A stretch of 64,000 nucleotides of DNA from an uncultured Gammaproteobacteria bacterium. GTDB lineage: Bacteria; Patescibacteriota; Microgenomatia; Levybacterales; UBA12049. How positions within the stretch are numbered: position 1 is the first letter of the stretch; each line of letters begins with the position of its first letter. This document shows positions 1-10,396 of the stretch, one piece after another. The stretch covers positions 16,167-80,166 of the forward strand of contig CAZNAA010000001.1 of NCBI GenBank assembly GCA_964571255.1, written 5' to 3'. A program made the translations under genes and the position numbers. The notes beneath the pieces were generated by a model. It did no database searches, was not told where the DNA came from, and saw only the letters and a program-made list of their open reading frames with translations.

Positions 1-281
1 TTGAGACTCTTTCAGGAGGAGAGAAAACAAGACTCTTTGTAGGACTTTTGCTCCTTAAGTCCCATAACTTACTCATTCTCGATGAACCAACAACGTATTT
101 GGATGTCCTTTCTCAAAGAATCATACTAGAAACACTCAAAAAATATGAAGGAACTATGCTTGTGGTGAGTCATACTGAGGATTTTGTGAAAGAGTTAAAA
201 CCAACCAGGGCACTATTACTCCCTGAAAATAGAGTAGAGTTTTGGAGTGATGAGTTACTTGAGAGAGTAGGGGAAATCTAA
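1..281 (+). CDS. ABC transporter ATP-binding protein, C-terminal part (5' partial at window edge)
   Basis: Frame is open from nt 3. Translation gives LSGGEKTRL (ABC signature), LLILDEPT (Walker B) and VVSH (H-loop). Confidence 0.7.
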   Translation, partial: ETLSGGEKTRLFVGLLLLKSHNLLILDEPTTYLDVLSQRIILETLKKYEGTMLVVSHTEDFVKELKPTRALLLPENRVEFWSDELLERVGEI

Positions 282-283
282 TG

Positions 284-1795
284 TTATCTTTCAATTTGAG
301 GATACGTATCGTATCTGAGAACATAGGTTCTTACTTGAAGTCCAGGGGAGAATTGTTTGAGTTCTACTCGTTGATAATTTTTATCTAAATAATCAATAAT
401 TTTTTCTTCATATCCTTGATCATAGGAAAGCACGACATAGACCTTGCTATATGTTCTTTTATATCTATCAAATTGTTTCTTTAAGTTTTCCTCAGTAAAA
501 GGAGGGATTGATCCTTCCGTAAATCGATTCCAGTGAGGAATCGTATCTATTTTAGTAATTCCTTGATACGAATACTCAATAGGATAAATGGTAAAAGGAG
601 CAGAAACGGCAATGATATCTTGAGGTGTGGTGTATTCTCGAAGATAGGTTGTGACATCTTCATAATCTTCCTTCACTGGAGTTTTGAGAGAGATATTTTG
701 ATATAAAAGTAATCCAAACATAATTCCAGTAAATGAGGTAATAAGAAGAGCTGAGACTTTTTTGCTATAACTCATCATCATCCAAGCTAAAACAAAGAAA
801 AGGGATGGAGTGACAAAGATAAGGTATCGGGAAAGAAAAATTGGCCTAAAATAGGAGGCAAAAAATACCATAATAATAGGCAAGAGAGTAACAAGAAGGA
901 AATATTCTACTTTATAAATGGGAACTTTACGTCTTTTGGTAAAAATGAAAAACAACATGAGAATAGCAACAGGCCATAAAGAAACGAGTGCGGCTTGAAT
1001 TCCATTCGTTTGAAAGCCAAAGAGGAAGTTTACAAATACTTGGAATATATTGTAACTGGTAGGAGGAGGGATAAGTGGCTTGGTATTTGAAGCAGATCCA
1101 CTAGAGATGACAAAAGCAACCCAGGGAACAAAAAAGATATATGCTCCTAAAAGACTTGTTAAAAACCTTCTGAAAAATGCTAGATTTTCTTTTCTCAGTA
1201 GTTTATCTTTTTGTGGGAGTAACACTCTGGTATAAAGAATAAAGAGCCCTTGAGTAATAAGAAGAAAGTTAAAAAAGTAATGGGTATATAGCCCCAAAAT
1301 AGTGCTTATGATATAGGCGAATCGATACTTTGTGCCACCAGTTTTTTCCATTCGAATAAAAAAGAAATGATTCAAACTGGTAACAAAAGTAAAAAGAGTA
1401 TACATACGAGCCTCATTGCTATACCAAATAACAAAGGGAGATAAAGAGAAAAGCAAGATAGTAACGATTGCCACTTTCTCATTACTTGACTCTTTAGCAA
1501 AGCTAAACAACACAGGAAGAGTGAGTAAGAAGAAAATGAGAGACAGCATACGAGCAAAGAAAATATCTGTTCCAAAAATTTGTAGCCAGAAATGAAGAAG
1601 CATATGATACAAGGGCACGTGGACGTCTTGGGCAATAAATTGTAAAAGAGTAGGAACTGATTTTGTTGCGTCCCAAATGGATTGAGATTCATCAAGTCTT
1701 ATGGATTGAGAATAGAGAGTAATCAGACTTATAGCACATGCAGCTCCTGCGATTAAAAAGAAGAAAACTGAATAAAGGACTTTATTTTTAAACAT
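284..1795 (-). CDS. GT-C type glycosyltransferase, family 39 / ArnT-PMT-like (polytopic membrane protein)
   Basis: 503 aa with about 11-12 hydrophobic helices and a DE motif in the first loop (RLDESQS). C-terminal soluble domain. Sits adjacent to the GT2/GH8 genes. Confidence 0.55.
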   Translation of the reverse strand: MFKNKVLYSVFFFLIAGAACAISLITLYSQSIRLDESQSIWDATKSVPTLLQFIAQDVHVPLYHMLLHFWLQIFGTDIFFARMLSLIFFLLTLPVLFSFAKESSNEKVAIVTILLFSLSPFVIWYSNEARMYTLFTFVTSLNHFFFIRMEKTGGTKYRFAYIISTILGLYTHYFFNFLLITQGLFILYTRVLLPQKDKLLRKENLAFFRRFLTSLLGAYIFFVPWVAFVISSGSASNTKPLIPPPTSYNIFQVFVNFLFGFQTNGIQAALVSLWPVAILMLFFIFTKRRKVPIYKVEYFLLVTLLPIIMVFFASYFRPIFLSRYLIFVTPSLFFVLAWMMMSYSKKVSALLITSFTGIMFGLLLYQNISLKTPVKEDYEDVTTYLREYTTPQDIIAVSAPFTIYPIEYSYQGITKIDTIPHWNRFTEGSIPPFTEENLKKQFDRYKRTYSKVYVVLSYDQGYEEKIIDYLDKNYQRVELKQFSPGLQVRTYVLRYDTYPQIER

Positions 1796-1804
1796 AGTGG
1801 TTTT

Positions 1805-3313
1805 TTATGCTAATGCGGCTTCCTTTCGAGTAGCAGGGATCCAGTTCATTGAGGCTGTGATGAAGGGAATAAACATACTAATATTAAAAAGTGCCCAGGC
1901 AATATTGGTAATAATTGATGGGTTCATTCCTTCTCGATTAATAGCAATACTCATTCCTAAAAAGACTGCCACAATATAGAGCATATGTGGATACGCCAGG
2001 AAAATGAAGTTCCCAGTTTGTGCTTGTTTAGGAGTTACTGAGAAACTCATCTTTTGTCTAAGAATAATAGAACGAAGAGCACGTAGTTGAAGAGTGAAAC
2101 TAGCTGTTGAGAAAGACATAGCTCTAAAGGTCACATTTTGTCCCGTCACTATATAAAGAAGCAATAGATTTACAAACATGAAAGGAAGGAAGAAAAGAGC
2201 AAAACTAGTTGTCGTTGCAGCTACAGGTTGAACTCCTGTGAAGAAAAAGAGAAGTGGCATCATCATATCAATAAGAATAATAATTCCATTTAAATAATAC
2301 ATTCCAGAGGATAAGTATTCAATTTTTTGAGAAAAAGTTAAGCCCTTTTTAAAAAATGGATTGGCACTGAAGAATACTTCAAGTGATCCTCTTGCCCATC
2401 TCAACTGTTGTTTGTAATAAGACATTAAATCACTTGGTGCTAAACCTTTGGCCAAGACTTGAGGAAGATAGTGAGATTGCCAGCCTTTTTGGTGAATACT
2501 AATAGAGGTAATAAAATCCTCAGCAATACTTGTTTCATTCATTCCACCAGCTTGGAGAAGGGCAGTTCGTCTGATAGCAACGTTTGTTCCACAAATAAAA
2601 GCAGAGTTAGTAGTATCTTTTCCAACCATAATTGGTCCAAAGAAAATCTCTTGCTGCTCCCACGCTCCAGCAGTTACTTCGTTTTCTTCATAATTTTCAT
2701 AGTACTGAGGAGTTTGGACAAAACCTACGTTACTTTCTTTGAAATAAGGAATAACTTTTTGCAAAAAGGTTTTATCAGGAACCATATCTGCATCTAAGAT
2801 CATAACAATTTCTCCTTTGGTCTCAAAAAGAGCGTGGTTAATATTCCCAGCCTTAGCTCCACCTGGAGTAGTTCTGGTAATACAGGTAATATCGAACTCT
2901 CTGGCCAAATCTTCCATTTCTTCCCAATTACTTTTATTTGCAACTAATCCATCATTCAGAATATATACTTGGTGATTTTCATAGAGCATTCGCTTTGCTG
3001 CCTCTACTGTTTTTCGAACCACGTCTTTTGGTTCTCCACAAACAGTAATAAACACATCAACTGAGGGTTTAAACGTAGTAGAAAAAGTTATCTTCTTACT
3101 CAACTTTCTTTTTCGTGGCCAGACAGTATGCCAAAACATGAACGCCATGAGGACGTGATATAGTTCTCCAAAGAAAAGAAGAGAGTAAAGAACAGGATGT
3201 CCAATATGACTTGGATAGAACCACCAAGAAATATAGATAAGAGACATCACAACTGCTGCAACAATGGATGCTTTGGTAATTGTTCCTCGTGGTATTTTTG
3301 TTTCTTGCTTCAT
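1805..3313 (-). CDS. Family 2 glycosyltransferase, cellulose-synthase-like (BcsA/CESA-like, no PilZ)
   Basis: DADMVPD (DxD), QTPQ and QQLRWARG (QxxRW) motifs. Two N-terminal and about four C-terminal TM helices. Confidence 0.75.
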   Translation of the reverse strand: MKQETKIPRGTITKASIVAAVVMSLIYISWWFYPSHIGHPVLYSLLFFGELYHVLMAFMFWHTVWPRKRKLSKKITFSTTFKPSVDVFITVCGEPKDVVRKTVEAAKRMLYENHQVYILNDGLVANKSNWEEMEDLAREFDITCITRTTPGGAKAGNINHALFETKGEIVMILDADMVPDKTFLQKVIPYFKESNVGFVQTPQYYENYEENEVTAGAWEQQEIFFGPIMVGKDTTNSAFICGTNVAIRRTALLQAGGMNETSIAEDFITSISIHQKGWQSHYLPQVLAKGLAPSDLMSYYKQQLRWARGSLEVFFSANPFFKKGLTFSQKIEYLSSGMYYLNGIIILIDMMMPLLFFFTGVQPVAATTTSFALFFLPFMFVNLLLLYIVTGQNVTFRAMSFSTASFTLQLRALRSIILRQKMSFSVTPKQAQTGNFIFLAYPHMLYIVAVFLGMSIAINREGMNPSIITNIAWALFNISMFIPFITASMNWIPATRKEAALA

Positions 3314-3316
3314 ACT

Positions 3317-4492
3317 TTATATGGGTTTAATACCGTTGTTATATAATGCAGTTCCAAACCAAAGCCAGTTTTGTTCATAGTAGGGAACGTCTTCTCTAAA
3401 GGTATTGTTATCATTTGAGTACAACTTAATGATTTTATCCTCATAGATTCTTTTAGCTAAATCTGGTTTTACGATCATGAAATACCCTAGACTGGTTGCA
3501 TACATTGTGGCGTTTTCTCCACTTAATCTTTTTCCATCTCGAGAATACGATCCAGCTAGTTTTCCTTCATTGTTATATTCACTTTCCAAAAAAGAAAAAG
3601 CATTGGCTAAATACGTAAAAGCTCTTTCTTCTTGATTCCATTGATAGTCAAGAGCAATTCTCCAGGGTGTTCTGATAGCATCAAAAGAGTAGTTGGTAGT
3701 CAGTCTGTCAATATACGTAGGTTTAATTGATCCATCTGATCGGTATAAAGAAATCCAATCTGGGGGAAGTCCAACAGGAGATTGAGTATCAAGAGGAACA
3801 ACTCGTACCTCTTCAAGAAGATCATAGGCTGGGTCAATCAGGCTATTCCAATCTCTTTCTTTATCAACTTGTGCAAATATTCTCCAAGCGTAGGGGGCAA
3901 AATAAGAAGGATTAATAACTAAAATGTCTTGGCTTTTTGCCCAGTTTCCTGCTACTAAATAATTTTTATTATCCTTTGTTTCTCCTACGTTATACTTCCA
4001 CAAATCAGCAAGAATCTCTTTTGCACTGTCAATATATCTCTCATCTCCCCATCTTCTTCCCGCAAAAATAAGTGCTAGGGCAATGTCCTCATCTGCATCA
4101 CTTGCATTGTTATTCCCGCCATCCTCTAAAAAGTCATATTTTCCGTTACTTAACTTACCCCATTTCCATCCGAATAGTTTATCTTCATCTCGTCTTAAGT
4201 TATCCTGAGTCCATTTCCAGACCGTATCAAATGTATCCTTGTCATCAACCCACACAGCACGAAGGAGAGCATAGCTTTGTCCCTCAGACGTTGTGATCTC
4301 TTGCTGGGTATAATCCACGACTCGTCCTTCAGGAAGAATGAATTGCTCTTTATATTTTTCCCATGAAGAAGTTAAGATAGTATGGGAAGAAAATGGTCTA
4401 TTTACACTACTATATCTGCTGGTTCGATACACCACAGTAATACAGATCATAATACTTAAAGCAATAAGGAGGTATCCAATAATTTTACGCAT
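3317..4492 (-). CDS. Glycoside hydrolase family 8 endoglucanase (BcsZ-like), N-terminal membrane anchor
   Basis: Perfect match to the GH8 signature [19 protein letters not shown], plus [12 protein letters not shown]. Single N-terminal TM. Confidence 0.78.
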   Translation of the reverse strand: MRKIIGYLLIALSIMICITVVYRTSRYSSVNRPFSSHTILTSSWEKYKEQFILPEGRVVDYTQQEITTSEGQSYALLRAVWVDDKDTFDTVWKWTQDNLRRDEDKLFGWKWGKLSNGKYDFLEDGGNNNASDADEDIALALIFAGRRWGDERYIDSAKEILADLWKYNVGETKDNKNYLVAGNWAKSQDILVINPSYFAPYAWRIFAQVDKERDWNSLIDPAYDLLEEVRVVPLDTQSPVGLPPDWISLYRSDGSIKPTYIDRLTTNYSFDAIRTPWRIALDYQWNQEERAFTYLANAFSFLESEYNNEGKLAGSYSRDGKRLSGENATMYATSLGYFMIVKPDLAKRIYEDKIIKLYSNDNNTFREDVPYYEQNWLWFGTALYNNGIKPI

Positions 4493-5129
4493 TTTCTCCT
4501 TCCTTTCTCTTTTTTTTCTTGAGGAAAATAAAGAGTTTTTTCAGTCCGTGATCCACACTAGTTTGGACACATAATAAGCCAACAACAAAGCTAGCTAGAG
4601 ATAATCGGAGCATTCCTTGAATTTGATCAGTAGTAATATTACTATCTTTATATAGTTGTTGCCCAAAGGAATAGACGAATCCATCAGGAGCATTAATTGA
4701 TTGCAGGTATGTTTCGTCTACACTTAATCTTGGAGTAGGAGATGTCTTTTTGGGAGCTAAATTTAAGGCTTGTAAAACGGTTTGACGAACAGATGCAGGT
4801 TGCACTTGTGGTTGAGGTGTAGGAGTAGGACGTGTTGTATTTCCACTTTGTCCAGGAGTAGGTGTTACAGGTGGAGTAGTCACTTCAGGGGTGGGAGTGG
4901 GTGTAGCCGTTGGTTCCGGTTCAGGGGTTGGAGTGGGAGTGGGTGTAGCCGTTGGTTCCGGTTCAGGGGTTGGAGTGGGAGTGGGTGTAGCCGTTGGTTC
5001 CGGTTCAGGGGTTGGAGTGGGTTCCTCTTCTTGAGCAAAAACAAAATCAATAAGAGGCACCTGTGCATGTACTGCCCGTGCTAAAAAAATGACACAAAAA
5101 AAGCCAATAAGTACTGATCGTAATTTCAT
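4485..5129 (-). CDS. Secreted Pro/Thr-rich repeat protein
   Basis: Signal-peptide-like N-terminus. Three tandem [14 protein letters not shown] repeats. Overlaps the GH8 start by 8 nt, consistent with an operon. Confidence 0.5.
   Translation of the reverse strand: MKLRSVLIGFFCVIFLARAVHAQVPLIDFVFAQEEEPTPTPEPEPTATPTPTPTPEPEPTATPTPTPTPEPEPTATPTPTPEVTTPPVTPTPGQSGNTTRPTPTPQPQVQPASVRQTVLQALNLAPKKTSPTPRLSVDETYLQSINAPDGFVYSFGQQLYKDSNITTDQIQGMLRLSLASFVVGLLCVQTSVDHGLKKLFIFLKKKKRKEGENA
4903..5028. repeat. Three copies of a 42-nt tandem repeat (encodes [14 protein letters not shown])
   Basis: The direct repeat ggttggagtgggagtgggtgtagccgttggttccggttcagg is visible three times. Confidence 0.85.
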
Positions 5130-5220
5130 ACCTGCCTGAATACTAAAACATTATACTATAAGTTGTGTATGAAAAGCAATATAGAAGTGTAAGAAACATT
5201 TATAAGATACTTTTCTTCTC

Positions 5221-7398
5221 CTACTTACAGGTGTTTGTATAGGTATTGATAAGTTTCATTTTGTTATCCCAAACACTTGTCCAATCATCTTTTAGGATTC
5301 CTCCTGTGTCAGTAGAGTTAGGATTAAAACTCCAGTAAAAGGAATTACAAATACCTTTTTTTGTAAAGTAAGAAGTAAGTGAGTCTTGCAATATTACATC
5401 TTTTTGATCACCTGATCCGTATTTTCCACCCCATTCACCAGGAACTATTGTGTACCCTTTTTCTACTGAGAAGCCGAAATGAGTATCCCAGAAAGAGGTC
5501 ATGTTTGATGGGAAGTTAGGGGCGGTAAAATAGACTTGTTGATAGACGTCAGGTCCATAGACGTGAGGAGAAAGGACCAGCTTGTCTTTAGGAAGTGAGA
5601 GAGGCGTGCACTTCAGTGGTTCAAAGTTCCCTCCCATCCAGTGACCATAATCAGTTGAACAACTTGGGTTTTCTTGAATTCCTTGAACAAATAAGAGAAG
5701 ATTAGGATTGGCGATAAGTACTGCTTTACCGGCTTTCTCAGAAGCTGTGTTCCAGTCAGTTTGTGTATTTCCTACTCCCCAGGTTGCTTTTCCATGTGGC
5801 TCATTTTTTAAATCAATCCCTAAGAAGTATTCAAGATTTGCATAACGTTTGGCAACAAGTTCCAAGTCAGAAATCCATTGAGATTCAGAATAAGATGGGG
5901 TATACCATAATTCAGAAATAGCTTTACAGTCTGGGCGGTGGTGATCAAGTAAAATATAAAATTGTTGAGTATTTAGTTCCTGGATAACTTTATCAAATAG
6001 CTGAAGACTGTTAAGTCCAACGAGATCTTTATTTCGATCATAACTAATTCCTGATACTCCTTGAGAACGGAGTGTATCTGGACAAAATGGAACTCTGACT
6101 GCATTAAATCCAAGGGATTTCATTTGAGAGATATACTCTTTCCAATTCCGTACCCATAGTCCGTGGATGCTATGCGTTTCGGTTTCAAATCCAAACCAAT
6201 TAACTCCTTTGAGAGTTATTTGACTTCCGTTTTTATATATTTTGTTATTACTCACGCTATAACCTGCTGATTGCGTGAGAGTAGGTGTAATTGTGGGACT
6301 TATAGAATTTGAACTATTGGTTGAGAAAGAGAGGGAATCAATCATAAAAACCTGTTGATTTTTCCCACCTGTTTCCTGGATGGCTAATCCTTTAATACTT
6401 CGTCCCTCTGCTTTAAATGAGGAAAGAGGAAGAGTTACTTGCTTCCAAATATTTTTTGAAATTGTTCCTAACGGGACACTTGGGGAGGTAGGGATATTTT
6501 CTTCATCGAAAAGAAGAACGCTTAATTGGGTATTGTCTTGAGTGGGGTTAATGGTAAATGAGAGAGTGTCTCCTGTTTTGGTAAGAATGGGTTGCTCTGT
6601 ATGTACATATAGTGCACCCCACCCATTTGCAGATACTTTAAGTGAGGTATTAGTATTGTATCCAGGATTAGTTGGTGAAATAGTTGCACTCCAAGACCAG
6701 TTAGAAAAATTACTGGAGAGTGATTCGTCAAAGATCATTACCCCACTGCCTGTTGGGCTAGTGCTAGGGGGAACTGCTGCCTGGGAAATAAGTGGGGTAG
6801 GAGTTGGCGTTGCTGTTGGGAGAAGGTGAGGATAGGTAAGAAAGATTTGATCTAAGTAGATGGATTGATTACTTCTTCCGGCTGTTTCTTGAAGTGCTAT
6901 TCCTGTAATAGTTGAACCTTGAGGAAGAATATCTGAGAGAGGAACAGAGTAAGACCTCCAAGTGCTCGCACTCAAAGCTTCTCCAAAAGAATCAAGTTTA
7001 GCATCTTTAAGTAACAGAGTATTGTCTTTCCCGTACAGGAGAAGGCGAATTTGTGTATCTTCCTGCCCACTTCGAGCTTGAAAGGTAAGTTTCATACTTT
7101 TCTCAACGACAATAGGAGTATCCGTATGAAGGTAAAATCCTCCCCAAGGTGCAAGTTGGGTATTTATGCTATAGGAACCATCTGGAGAAATAGAAGAAGT
7201 AAAGGATGTAGTAGTACTCCAAGACCAGTTCATAAATTGGGAAGAAAGGGCATTATCAAAGATAGGAAGACTTACCGTTTCTTCAACGGCAAGAGCTTGA
7301 AAAATGTATTGTTTTGTATTTGATCCAAAAAGAAAAAGAGCTATCAAAGAAAAGAAGAGAAAAGTAAAGAGGAAAGGTGTAAGAAAGCGTCTAACCAT
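5221..7398 (-). CDS. Glycoside hydrolase family 5 cellulase with two N-terminal CBM-like modules
   Basis: GFNAVRVPF, LLDHHRPD, LKNEPHG (acid/base NEP) and PGEWGG (nucleophile). Two internally repeated ~150-aa modules (FD.SLSS.F.NWSWS...) joined by a PTATPTPTP linker. N-terminal TM/signal. Confidence 0.75.
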   Translation of the reverse strand: MVRRFLTPFLFTFLFFSLIALFLFGSNTKQYIFQALAVEETVSLPIFDNALSSQFMNWSWSTTTSFTSSISPDGSYSINTQLAPWGGFYLHTDTPIVVEKSMKLTFQARSGQEDTQIRLLLYGKDNTLLLKDAKLDSFGEALSASTWRSYSVPLSDILPQGSTITGIALQETAGRSNQSIYLDQIFLTYPHLLPTATPTPTPLISQAAVPPSTSPTGSGVMIFDESLSSNFSNWSWSATISPTNPGYNTNTSLKVSANGWGALYVHTEQPILTKTGDTLSFTINPTQDNTQLSVLLFDEENIPTSPSVPLGTISKNIWKQVTLPLSSFKAEGRSIKGLAIQETGGKNQQVFMIDSLSFSTNSSNSISPTITPTLTQSAGYSVSNNKIYKNGSQITLKGVNWFGFETETHSIHGLWVRNWKEYISQMKSLGFNAVRVPFCPDTLRSQGVSGISYDRNKDLVGLNSLQLFDKVIQELNTQQFYILLDHHRPDCKAISELWYTPSYSESQWISDLELVAKRYANLEYFLGIDLKNEPHGKATWGVGNTQTDWNTASEKAGKAVLIANPNLLLFVQGIQENPSCSTDYGHWMGGNFEPLKCTPLSLPKDKLVLSPHVYGPDVYQQVYFTAPNFPSNMTSFWDTHFGFSVEKGYTIVPGEWGGKYGSGDQKDVILQDSLTSYFTKKGICNSFYWSFNPNSTDTGGILKDDWTSVWDNKMKLINTYTNTCK

Positions 7399-7537
7399 AG
7401 AGGAGGTTCATCCTACCATCTACATTTAGTGTTTGTCAACCTCACTTACTGCCACAGGTAGAGTGAGAAGAGCGACTTGACATATGATAATTATAGGATA
7501 TAATACTCAAAGACTATATATCTTATAGCATTATATT

Positions 7538-8695
7538 ATGAGTTTAAAAAAGTCATTTGTAATTTTCCTCTCAAGCGCGTATGTTGCGTTTCTTTTGTTC
7601 CAAATGTTCACACCTCGTGTTCCTGTTTCTTCGTTTTTTGAGGCTGGGAAAAAGATTGAATGGCCAGCTACAATTGATGGACTTGAATCTACTATTGATC
7701 TTCCTTCATGGAATATGGCGCCTGACTTTTATCCACTTAATACTCCTATTACTCCAAGGATTCAAATTGAAAATCCAGCATCCAATAGTGCAGTGACAAA
7801 AACGGTTTATTTATATGTGAGTAAGGTACTAGAGTCTCCAAAAGGAACAGACGTCACGTCTGGATATCCAGGTCAATTAGGACTAACACAGGATGAATTG
7901 AATACAAATGAGCAAAGTAAAAATGATGTACAAGAAGTACCAACGGTGTATACCGTTGGAGATATTACTCTTCAACCTGGTACTTCAACGTCAGTTTCTT
8001 ATACTTTTACGCCTCCAACTGCAGGATACTATCAGGTTGATTTTAGTACACTTCCTCCAGGACAGGGGTATATCCATGGCTATATCTTAGCTGCAGGATT
8101 TATTAGAGTTCTTCCGGTAACGACAGCAGAAGTTACTCCAACACCAAGTAACCCTCAACCAACTGCAACTCCTACTCCTGGGCAAGCTGGCCAAACTCAA
8201 GCTGCAACTACTTCTAGCAATGTGAATGTAGTTACTGGACAAGTTGCCAGTGCTGTCTTGACTCAGTCAGTTGCTCTCCCAAGAACAGGGAAAGGGGAGG
8301 AAACTTACGAAGTAGGGAATTTTATGCTTAAAAAACATAGTTATCTTCTGATTTCTGATCTGGATTTGATAAAACCACTCTATGCTGGATCACTAAAAAA
8401 TAACACCTTTGTTGTTGGTAAAGGACTTGTTAGTGATATCAACACTGATACAACCAGGGTAATGTATGGACATAATACTACAGACGTATTTGGCAATATC
8501 CACACACTCACGAAAGGGAAAACGATTAAAGTATATGAAAATGGAGAAACAACTACCTATTCTGTAACTTCTATCAAGAAAGTATCATACGAAAATGTGA
8601 AAGCTTTACAAGGCGGAAAAGACACATTGCTTCTTATTACCTGTGACCTTACAGATTCTTCAATAAGAGTAATCATTACAGCAAAGAGAATTTAA
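7538..8695 (+). CDS. Surface protein with C-terminal sortase catalytic domain preceded by an LPRTG motif
   Basis: N-terminal signal anchor and a PT-rich linker. VALPRTGKGEE is followed by a sortase-like domain with the conserved His (VMYGHN), the TLLLITCD Cys motif and a C-terminal Arg (IRVIITAKRI). Confidence 0.6.
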   Translation: MSLKKSFVIFLSSAYVAFLLFQMFTPRVPVSSFFEAGKKIEWPATIDGLESTIDLPSWNMAPDFYPLNTPITPRIQIENPASNSAVTKTVYLYVSKVLESPKGTDVTSGYPGQLGLTQDELNTNEQSKNDVQEVPTVYTVGDITLQPGTSTSVSYTFTPPTAGYYQVDFSTLPPGQGYIHGYILAAGFIRVLPVTTAEVTPTPSNPQPTATPTPGQAGQTQAATTSSNVNVVTGQVASAVLTQSVALPRTGKGEETYEVGNFMLKKHSYLLISDLDLIKPLYAGSLKNNTFVVGKGLVSDINTDTTRVMYGHNTTDVFGNIHTLTKGKTIKVYENGETTTYSVTSIKKVSYENVKALQGGKDTLLLITCDLTDSSIRVIITAKRI

Positions 8696-8737
8696 TTTCT
8701 TTGCCTTTTTAGCTTCAGTTTCAACGTGTTATACTAA

Positions 8738-9664
8738 ATGCCTATGATTACTTACTTTTATAAAAATGGAAAAGATAAAAAACTTATTGAGAAAGAATCT
8801 TTTGTTACTAATTCTTGGGTATATGTTGAAGATCCAACAAGTAAAGAACTAGAAGATCTTGCTGAACAATTTGAGTTGGATGAGAGTTTGCTTCATGATG
8901 GGGTAGACTTGCAGGAAGTTCCTCGAGTAGAGGTAGAAGATGGAGTTCTCTATATCTATACTCGATATGTCCAAGGAAGGGGAGATCAAATCGATACTGT
9001 TCCTATGCTTCTTATATTAAAAAAAGAAGCTATCATTACCATTTCTCCTGAACCATTTCCTAAGCTTTCCGATTTTTTAAATTCCAAAATGGAATTTAGT
9101 ACAGCTAAAAAAGTACAGTTTCTTATTCGGCTATTCAATCGGATTGATGGAACGTATAATGACTTTCTAAATAAATTAAGTAAAAGACTTCGAACACTTA
9201 CTGTTGGGATTGAGAGAATTACCAACAAGGATTTAATCCAATTCATTACGATTGAAAACGTACTGTATGATATCAACTCCTCACTTGTTCGCATGCACAG
9301 TATCTTCTCAACACTTCACAGTGGACGAATGCTAAAGCTGACAGAGGATGAGCGGGATTTACTTGAAGATTTATCTCTTAATACAGGACAGTTGATTCAA
9401 ATTACCAAAGAGTCACTTCAAAGTATTGTCAACATTAGAGAAGCTTACTCAACTATTATGACGAATAACTTAAATAGTGTGATTAAACTCTTTACCTCAC
9501 TTACCGTTATTCTCACTCTTCCAACTATTATTGGAACACTCTATGGGATGAATGTAAAACTTCCGTATCAAGATTCACCTTTTGCATTTACCTTTATTGT
9601 CTCTCTCACTCTTTTTCTCATTGTTACAACCGTTATTCTTTTCTGGTATAAAGATTGGTTATAA
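8738..9664 (+). CDS. corA: CorA family magnesium/cobalt transporter
   Basis: YGMNVKLPY (GMN motif) followed by two C-terminal TM helices. About 310 aa. Confidence 0.8.
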   Translation: MPMITYFYKNGKDKKLIEKESFVTNSWVYVEDPTSKELEDLAEQFELDESLLHDGVDLQEVPRVEVEDGVLYIYTRYVQGRGDQIDTVPMLLILKKEAIITISPEPFPKLSDFLNSKMEFSTAKKVQFLIRLFNRIDGTYNDFLNKLSKRLRTLTVGIERITNKDLIQFITIENVLYDINSSLVRMHSIFSTLHSGRMLKLTEDERDLLEDLSLNTGQLIQITKESLQSIVNIREAYSTIMTNNLNSVIKLFTSLTVILTLPTIIGTLYGMNVKLPYQDSPFAFTFIVSLTLFLIVTTVILFWYKDWL

Positions 9665-9667
9665 ACC

Positions 9668-10348
9668 TTACAGAAGTGTGTTATGAATAGTTCGAAGAGC
9701 AAGTACTTTATCAACCACAAGTGCAGTCATTAACCAAAAGAACCCTCCAGCAAATCCTCCAAGTACGTCAGTTGGATAGTGTACTCCCAAATAAATACGA
9801 CTTATCCCAATAGATAAAACAAGAATAGTTGCTCCCATTCCTAGTAAAAGAGAAACTCCTTTTTGTCTTCTGAAATGATAGAAGAAATAAACAATCGCAA
9901 AGTAAAAGACAAATGAATTCATAGCGTGTCCTGAAGGAAAACTTTGAGTTTGTTCAAAAACGAGTGGGTCTAGTTCTGGTCTTGGCCTATTAAAAAAGTC
10001 CTTTAGGATAAGGTTTAGAATAACTCCACTATAAAAAAGAGAAGAAAAGAAAATCATCTCATGATACTTTTTCTTTATAAGAAAGAAAAACAAAATACTT
10101 ACACTTAAAAAACCTAGAAAATAAATATTTCCAAAAAAAGTAATTCCTTTTATTATTTCAGTTAAAAGTGGGGTTCGAATTTCGTAAAACCACATAAGAA
10201 TCTCATGATCGAGAAAAAATCGTTCTGTTTCTAAAATTTCATCTGCAATTTTAAAAAAAAGATAAAGGGAAACAAAACTCCCTAATACGCCAAAAAAAAT
10301 TTCAGATACTGAAAGAAGAACAGAAGAGTGGACAGTCTTTTTCTGCAT
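9668..10348 (-). CDS. PAP2 family membrane phosphatase
   Basis: PSGHAMNS and SRIYLGVHYPTDVLGG motifs. Multiple TM helices. Confidence 0.7.
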   Translation of the reverse strand: MQKKTVHSSVLLSVSEIFFGVLGSFVSLYLFFKIADEILETERFFLDHEILMWFYEIRTPLLTEIIKGITFFGNIYFLGFLSVSILFFFLIKKKYHEMIFFSSLFYSGVILNLILKDFFNRPRPELDPLVFEQTQSFPSGHAMNSFVFYFAIVYFFYHFRRQKGVSLLLGMGATILVLSIGISRIYLGVHYPTDVLGGFAGGFFWLMTALVVDKVLALRTIHNTLL

Positions 10349-10396
10349 ACGCTTATTGTAGCAGGATTAAAATACGAAAAAAATCACTGTAGGTAC

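Noticed and set aside
1372-1695. 107-aa ORF nested in the GT39 gene (same strand, other frame), and similar small ORFs nested or antisense in large genes (e.g. 2459-2797, 6522-6731, 15880-16257, 56635-57033, 60111-60365)
   Set aside because: They are fully contained in longer, motif-supported CDSs and have low-complexity or odd composition. They are treated as shadow ORFs.
4782-5084. Plus-strand 100-aa ORF with [14 protein letters not shown] repeats
   Set aside because: It is the reverse-frame reading of the PT-repeat DNA of the minus-strand gene. The repeat periodicity belongs to that gene.
8290-8310. LPRTG as a conventional C-terminal cell-wall sorting signal
   Set aside because: It is not followed by a hydrophobic segment and a positively charged tail. 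A complete sortase domain follows instead.
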